From IMG/VR virus record IMGVR_UViG_3300010148_000009: a stretch of 64,000 nt of DNA; one strand, 5' to 3'. Of this stretch, positions 60,199 through 64,000 are shown piece by piece. Source of the DNA: an uncultured virus (IMG/VR IMGVR_UViG_3300010148_000009). Lineage: Duplodnaviria > Heunggongvirae > Uroviricota > Caudoviricetes. Numbering within the stretch: the first letter of the stretch is position 1; every line of letters starts with the position of its first letter. A program made the translations under genes and the position numbers. The notes beneath the pieces are model-generated. The model had not been told where the DNA came from. It did not search any database and saw only the letters and a program-made list of their open reading frames with translations.

Positions 60199-60504
60199 AT
60201 GAGAAAAGTTACAGAACAAATCAAGCAAGCTTTCGAGCAAGGCACATCTAAGAAAGTCGGCAACACCGAGACAGACGGGCAAACCGTTTGGCTTCACGGG
60301 AACGCCATTGTCAAGCGTGATCTTGATGGGCTAGTCCGTTGGAGTTTGGCGGGTTGGAATACTCCAACGACACGCGAACGCGTCAACGGCATTGCCAACG
60401 CGGGCGTTCACCAAGTCAACTTCGAGCCTGTCCTAAACGGTCAAGTGATTGACTCATTCGATTGGTTCGCCTCCGATAGAGTTGCACAATTCAACTCTAT
60501 ATGA
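60199..60504 (+). CDS. Hypothetical phage protein
   Basis: 101 aa; VWLHGNAI..GWNTPTTRERVNG. Confidence 0.8.
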   Translation: MRKVTEQIKQAFEQGTSKKVGNTETDGQTVWLHGNAIVKRDLDGLVRWSLAGWNTPTTRERVNGIANAGVHQVNFEPVLNGQVIDSFDWFASDRVAQFNSI

Positions 60505-60551
60505 TTGTCTTAATCGTCTTAAGTGTTGCACTATACTATCATACACTATGA
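60501..60551 (+). CDS. Possible 16-aa hydrophobic peptide (MIVLIVLSVALYYHTL)
   Basis: ATGA overlap with the previous stop; ends 2 nt before repeat copy 1. Confidence 0.35.
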   Translation: MIVLIVLSVALYYHTL

Positions 60552-60553
60552 CG

Positions 60554-60624
60554 TAAGTCACTGATAGTCAGGCACTTAGGCGGCGGGCGGCCCGCGACGT
60601 AAGTCTTTGGTAACCAACGACTTA
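60554..60624. repeat. Twin-palindrome element, copy 1
   Basis: TAAGTCACTGATAGTCAGGCACTTA, 21-bp GC linker, TAAGTCTTTGGTAACCAACGACTTA. Confidence 0.95.
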
Positions 60625-60730
60625 CGAAACGCATGTACATATACCATGCCAATCTATGCAGTAGGATTGTGCAAAAAGATAGTTGAAAGTTTTCCTTGAC
60701 TTTTCGGGTTTTCTCTGCTATGTTATAGGT

Positions 60731-60904
60731 ATGATTAAGAATAAAGATGTAGTAGTAGACCGACAAGGTCGAATTTTTCAAGTTGTCGATGCAGACTTTC
60801 GGACTGACCGACTAGGTAAGCAAATCCTTTGCCGTTTGTATCGCTCGCAAAAGCGAGTTGCATTCATGCCTTGGCAAGTCAAGAAACATCCTTTTTTCTC
60901 TTGA
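60731..60904 (+). CDS. Small early protein (leaderless; start revised from 60683)
   Basis: TTGACT-17-TATGTT-6-ATG. Confidence 0.75.
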   Translation: MIKNKDVVVDRQGRIFQVVDADFRTDRLGKQILCRLYRSQKRVAFMPWQVKKHPFFS

Positions 60905-60935
60905 CTTTTCCTAAAAAATCCTTTACTTTATACTT

Positions 60936-61199
60936 ATGTTAAATCAATCAAATAAAAATGTTCCTACTCGTAGGGTTCGCTTTTACTCTTTCAAGGCTCA
61001 AGTCACTCGCGTACTGAAGGACGATTCCTCGCAAGTAGATGTCTACAATATGCAAGGCACTTCTGATGTACACCCTTTAGAGCTAGAGGTATCCGAAAGG
61101 ATTGCCTTGTTAGGCTACGAGGATTATTCTCCTTGGAAGGTCACCGACTTCAAACTTACCCATGTATGGGAAGACTCAACCGAGCAATTCGTTTACTAA
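60936..61199 (+). CDS. Small early protein (leaderless)
   Basis: TTGACT-17-TACTTT-6-ATG. Confidence 0.75.
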   Translation: MLNQSNKNVPTRRVRFYSFKAQVTRVLKDDSSQVDVYNMQGTSDVHPLELEVSERIALLGYEDYSPWKVTDFKLTHVWEDSTEQFVY

Positions 61200-61304
61200 T
61201 GTTAACCGAACGAGAAAAAATCCTTTGCAAGTTTGTCATCGCTAAGATGAAAAAAACTAAAAAAACTTCTTGACTTTTACCGAAAACTTTGCTACATTAT
61301 ACTT

Positions 61305-61490
61305 ATGAATAAATCAGAAATGCTTAGAGAAATCTCCATCCTCCACGAAACGCTTAAGGACTGCGTCCTTACCATCGCCGACAAGGTTGCGATTCGCAAC
61401 GAGATCGGCGACCTGCAGGACAGGGTCGCTCTCCTGGACTTCCAAGAGTCTGAGGACATCGACTTCGGTCACCACTCCGAGTGGGAGTGA
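61305..61490 (+). CDS. Small acidic helical early protein (leaderless)
   Basis: TTGACT-17-TACATT-6-ATG. Confidence 0.75.
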   Translation: MNKSEMLREISILHETLKDCVLTIADKVAIRNEIGDLQDRVALLDFQESEDIDFGHHSEWE

Positions 61491-61492
61491 CC

Positions 61493-61563
61493 TAAGTTCT
61501 TGATAGTCAGGCACTTAGGGCGGCGGCGGCCCGCGACGCAAGTGCTTGATAATCAACGACTTA
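61493..61563. repeat. Twin-palindrome element, copy 2
   Basis: TAAGTTCTTGATAGTCAGGCACTTA, 21 bp, CAAGTGCTTGATAATCAACGACTTA. Confidence 0.95.
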
Positions 61564-61575
61564 CGAAAGGCTCGC

Positions 61576-61604
61576 ATTATAACATATAAGCCAAGAAATG
61601 TCAA
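61576..61604 (-). promoter_or_regulatory. Consensus antisense sigma70 promoter facing repeat copy 2
   Basis: TTGACA-17-TATAAT with extended -10 TG. Confidence 0.85.
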
Positions 61605-61707
61605 GAAAAAAAACGCAGATTCGCAAACTTTTTTTCAGTCGTTTTGTGCAATAAAATAGTTGAAAGTTTTTCTTGCAATTTTGCATTTCATGTGTTACTT
61701 TATAGGT

Positions 61708-61935
61708 ATGAATCAGTTAAAAGAAATTAAAAAAGAATTGAACCGAGATCTCGATCTTGGTCTTGCTCTATCCAAAGCCGAGGGAAACCTCAACTTTCTC
61801 GCAGGAGAATCTTCCAAGCAAGATTGGCAATCTTCGATTACTCAAGGTATGGCAATCCTTGACGCTCTCGAAGCCGTCCAAGTTGCTCGCAAGGCTTGGC
61901 AAGAAATCATCCGAGAAAAAAGAGCCGAAAGGTAA
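61708..61935 (+). CDS. Small helical early protein (leaderless; start revised from 61660)
   Basis: TTGCAA-17-TACTTT-6-ATG. Confidence 0.75.
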   Translation: MNQLKEIKKELNRDLDLGLALSKAEGNLNFLAGESSKQDWQSSITQGMAILDALEAVQVARKAWQEIIREKRAER

Positions 61936-61979
61936 TCTTTTCCCTTGCAATTTAACAAAAATTAGTTTAGATTTATAAT

Positions 61980-62126
61980 ATGAAAACAAAAGAACAACTA
62001 CAAAATGATCTTGCTTGGTGGCAAGACAAACTTAACCGATCACGCAAGGAATCGACTCGCTCGATTCGTGCCGTTCATGTGCAATACTTGCAGAGTGAAA
62101 TTAAAAAGCTAGAGGATAAATCCTAA
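61980..62126 (+). CDS. Small helical early protein, 48 aa (leaderless; not in ORF track)
   Basis: TTGCAA-17-TAGATT-6-ATG; MKTKEQLQNDLAWWQDKLNRS... Confidence 0.75.
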   Translation: MKTKEQLQNDLAWWQDKLNRSRKESTRSIRAVHVQYLQSEIKKLEDKS

Positions 62127-62189
62127 TGTTTTTTCTTATAATGTTCGCTCTCTCCTGCATCCTTTACTACCAACAAAGCTAAAAAAATT

Positions 62190-62393
62190 ATGTCATCATT
62201 CCAAATAAAATCACGAATCAAAGAAGTAAACGCAAGGCTTGCAAAGGCTACCGACTCGCAAGAGATCGCCCAACTAGAGAAGGATCTCCAAGATTGGAAG
62301 AACATTTTGCACGATGTCCAAATGCAAGAGTTTGAAGATCAAGTCGGCTTTAAGTCTATGGAACAAAACGCAGGCGTTTGGGACGAACGCTAA
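62190..62393 (+). CDS. Small helical early protein
   Basis: 67-aa coiled-coil ORF. Confidence 0.7.
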   Translation: MSSFQIKSRIKEVNARLAKATDSQEIAQLEKDLQDWKNILHDVQMQEFEDQVGFKSMEQNAGVWDER

Positions 62394-62421
62394 AAAAAAT
62401 AAAAAAAAGCTTGACAGTAAA

Positions 62422-62502
62422 ATGTTTGACCTAGTACAAATTCTAATACCCTTTTCAGCTATACTAATACCTTGCCTAATAGTTTGGATTTGGCCCGCAT
62501 AA
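62422..62502 (+). CDS. Possible 26-aa hydrophobic peptide (MFDLVQILIPFSAILIPCLIVWIWPA)
   Basis: Single TM-length peptide whose TAA is the first 3 nt of repeat copy 3. Confidence 0.45.
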   Translation: MFDLVQILIPFSAILIPCLIVWIWPA

Positions 62503-62570
62503 GTCACTGATAATCAGGCACTTAGGGCGGCGGCGGCCCGCGACGCAAGTGCTTGATAAGCAACGGCTTA
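62500..62570. repeat. Twin-palindrome element, copy 3
   Basis: TAAGTCACTGATAATCAGGCACTTA, 21 bp, CAAGTGCTTGATAAGCAACGGCTTA. Confidence 0.95.
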
Positions 62571-62582
62571 TGAAACGCTCGC

Positions 62583-62611
62583 ATTATAACATAAAAGGCA
62601 AAAGTTGTCAA
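62583..62611 (-). promoter_or_regulatory. Consensus antisense sigma70 promoter facing repeat copy 3
   Basis: TTGACA-17-TATAAT with extended -10 TG. Confidence 0.85.
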
Positions 62612-62701
62612 GGAAAAAATGCGACTCCATTAAAGTTTTTTTGTGAATAACTTTAGAAGATTTTTCTTGCAATTACTAGGTTTTACCTTTAGATTTATAA
62701 T

Positions 62702-62890
62702 ATGCAATCAAAAGAACTAGCAATCAAAACTCTCGAATCTCGCATCGAGGGAATCCGTAACGCCATTGCAAAGATGCGTAAAGACGCAACTTCTGCAACC
62801 CGTGCCAATATCGAAATGGCAATCGAGATGCTTGCTCTCCCTGAGCTTGCCAAAGTGCAAGCCGAGCTTGCTGAAATCGAAAACTCCTAA
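62702..62890 (+). CDS. Small helical early protein (leaderless)
   Basis: TTGCAA-17-TAGATT-6-ATG. Confidence 0.75.
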   Translation: MQSKELAIKTLESRIEGIRNAIAKMRKDATSATRANIEMAIEMLALPELAKVQAELAEIENS

Positions 62891-62894
62891 CACC

Positions 62895-63236
62895 ATGTTT
62901 CAAGCTCAACCATACACCCAAGACATACACGACCAATGCAAGGCATTGGATGATGTCAAGGCAGGTGTTACCTGCAAGAGTAATATCCCATCAGATCCTG
63001 CTTGGAAGGGTAACGCCAAGCGGTGGCAAGCCCATTGCTCAGGCAATCTCTACGCTCTGACCATACAGAATAGGTCAATGGATCACACCTTTACTGTACA
63101 TCAGTACGGCAAGAATGTTTTTCAAGCAGGTCTACGCTACTATCGAGGCTTTAATGTTAAGCATTCAGGCGGGGCATCTTGGACTTGGCAATGCACTAAG
63201 ATAGTCAACGCTCAACTGCTCAAGAATAACGCTTGA
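62895..63236 (+). CDS. Hypothetical early protein (start revised from 62766)
   Basis: ATG 4 nt after the previous stop; MFQAQPYTQD. Confidence 0.7.
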   Translation: MFQAQPYTQDIHDQCKALDDVKAGVTCKSNIPSDPAWKGNAKRWQAHCSGNLYALTIQNRSMDHTFTVHQYGKNVFQAGLRYYRGFNVKHSGGASWTWQCTKIVNAQLLKNNA

Positions 63237-63242
63237 CAAGCA

Positions 63243-63313
63243 TAAGTTCCTGATAGTCAGGCACTTAGGTGGCGGGCGGCCCGCGACGCAAGTGCTTGGT
63301 AACCAACAACTTA
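63243..63313. repeat. Twin-palindrome element, copy 4
   Basis: TAAGTTCCTGATAGTCAGGCACTTA, 21 bp, CAAGTGCTTGGTAACCAACAACTTA. Confidence 0.95.
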
Positions 63314-63326
63314 TAAAACGCTTTAC

Positions 63327-63354
63327 ATTATATCATAATTTTTAATTTTGTCAA
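63327..63354 (-). promoter_or_regulatory. Antisense sigma70 promoter facing repeat copy 4
   Basis: TTGACA-16-TATAAT with extended -10 TG. Confidence 0.8.
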
Positions 63355-63485
63355 GTATAATATAAGGTGTTTAGTATTTGTTCTATTTGTTAGTATCTCT
63401 TATCGCTAGTATTAGATAAATTTAAAAGTTGTATTTAGTGAATTTTTTTCTCGCTATTGTTCGGAAAGTGCTTTAGTCTTTATAT

Positions 63486-63602
63486 ATGAAAACAAAAAAG
63501 ATCAAAGTAAGAATCCCAATTCTTTTCACCAAGGCTCGCCCAATGAAGGACAAGTCTAGATATTCACGCAGGGTCAAGCATAAGCAAGCCCTTTCATACT
63601 AA
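63486..63602 (+). CDS. 38-aa basic peptide (leaderless; not in ORF track)
   Basis: TCGCTA-17-TAGTCT-6-ATG; MKTKKIKVRIPILFTKARPMKDKSRYSRRVKHKQALSY. Confidence 0.65.
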   Translation: MKTKKIKVRIPILFTKARPMKDKSRYSRRVKHKQALSY

Positions 63603-63620
63603 ACCAAGGAGGACAAAGCA

Positions 63621-63845
63621 ATGGCTAAAGGAGGACATTCCAAAAAGGAAAACCGAAAGATAATGAAGCAAATGAAAAAGTGCAAAGAGATTCGAGAAAT
63701 CGCTGAGACTGCAGATGGATACAGCGTTTTCTTGTTCGACAAGAGTATAGACCCTTTTTCAAATCATTGGTCAAGCAATGGATTTCATTCTCTTCGCAGG
63801 TGGTTGAAAAAGCACACAAGTCTCAAAAATTTAACATGGAGCTAA
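63621..63845 (+). CDS. Small basic early protein
   Basis: Strong SD AAGGAGG. Confidence 0.75.
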   Translation: MAKGGHSKKENRKIMKQMKKCKEIREIAETADGYSVFLFDKSIDPFSNHWSSNGFHSLRRWLKKHTSLKNLTWS

Positions 63846-63846
63846 A

Positions 63847-64000
63847 ATGATCTCAATAAGAAAAAACCCAAACTTTACTCAGTTCTTTCAAGTGTTTGCA
63901 TATGGCAAATTTATCGATGAGCTTTTCACTCAAGCAGAAGCTTTAAGGGTTGCAGAAGATGAGGCTAAACTTCGCCAAGTAAAACAAATAAATTTTCTTG
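63847..64000 (+). CDS. Hypothetical protein (truncated by window edge)
   Basis: ATG 1 nt after the previous stop, GGAG SD, open to the edge: MISIRKNPNFTQFFQVFAYG. Confidence 0.65.
   Translation, partial: MISIRKNPNFTQFFQVFAYGKFIDELFTQAEALRVAEDEAKLRQVKQINFL

Noticed and set aside
61199..61273. 24-aa ORF MLTEREKILCKFVIAKMKKTKKTS
   Set aside because: Coupled to the previous stop but too short, and it runs into promoter A-tracts; cannot be supported.
60554..63313. CRISPR array interpretation of the four repeats
   Set aside because: The repeats are 71 bp, the intervening segments are 670-940 bp and contain genes and promoters, and no cas genes are in view.
60554..63313. Canonical integron attC sites
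   Set aside because: No RYYYAAC/GTTRRRY boundary boxes, no integrase in the window, and the cassettes carry their own promoters. Kept only as an analogy.
60554..63313. Simple Rho-independent terminators
   Set aside because: No U-tract follows on the plus strand, and the twin-palindrome geometry is far more conserved than termination needs.
1..64000. tRNA genes, reverse transcriptase/DGR, transposases
   Set aside because: None recognised by eye. A tRNAscan/Infernal run would be needed to exclude RNA genes formally.

Overview
A 64-kb segment of a large, AT-rich tailed dsDNA bacteriophage. It is probably siphovirus-like: there is a tail tube and a 2612-aa tape measure protein but no sheath gene in view. 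PhoH and the glycan genes are typical of aquatic phages. From left to right: (1) a giant Thr-rich/B-repeat/LamG virion protein that runs off the left edge and is missed by the ORF track. (2) A ~9-kb glycan cluster: GDP-fucose synthase, an epimerase, two NodZ-like fucosyltransferases, two sulfotransferases, and STELLO-like and other glycosyltransferases. (3) nrdA and a small replication/regulation block (dNMP kinase, sigma-like factor, SSB, annealing protein). (4) A ~38-kb minus-strand morphogenesis region: tail proteins, tape measure, tail tube, neck, major capsid, protease/scaffold, portal, terminase, ERCC4 nuclease, a second sigma-like factor and PhoH. (5) After a strand switch at ~59.4 kb, an early-type region of tiny plus-strand genes. 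The most unusual structure is in this last region. Four copies of a 71-bp twin-palindrome element with fixed geometry and covarying bases each start right after a stop codon, and three of them face a consensus antisense sigma70 promoter. They divide the region into cassettes of leaderless small genes. Other highlights are a GTGTA candidate late-promoter motif, a possible sulfated-fucose virion glycosylation system, and a tape measure protein divided by GxxPNF motifs into modules that include a duplicated nuclease-like domain. All product calls come from motif recognition by eye; no database searches were run.
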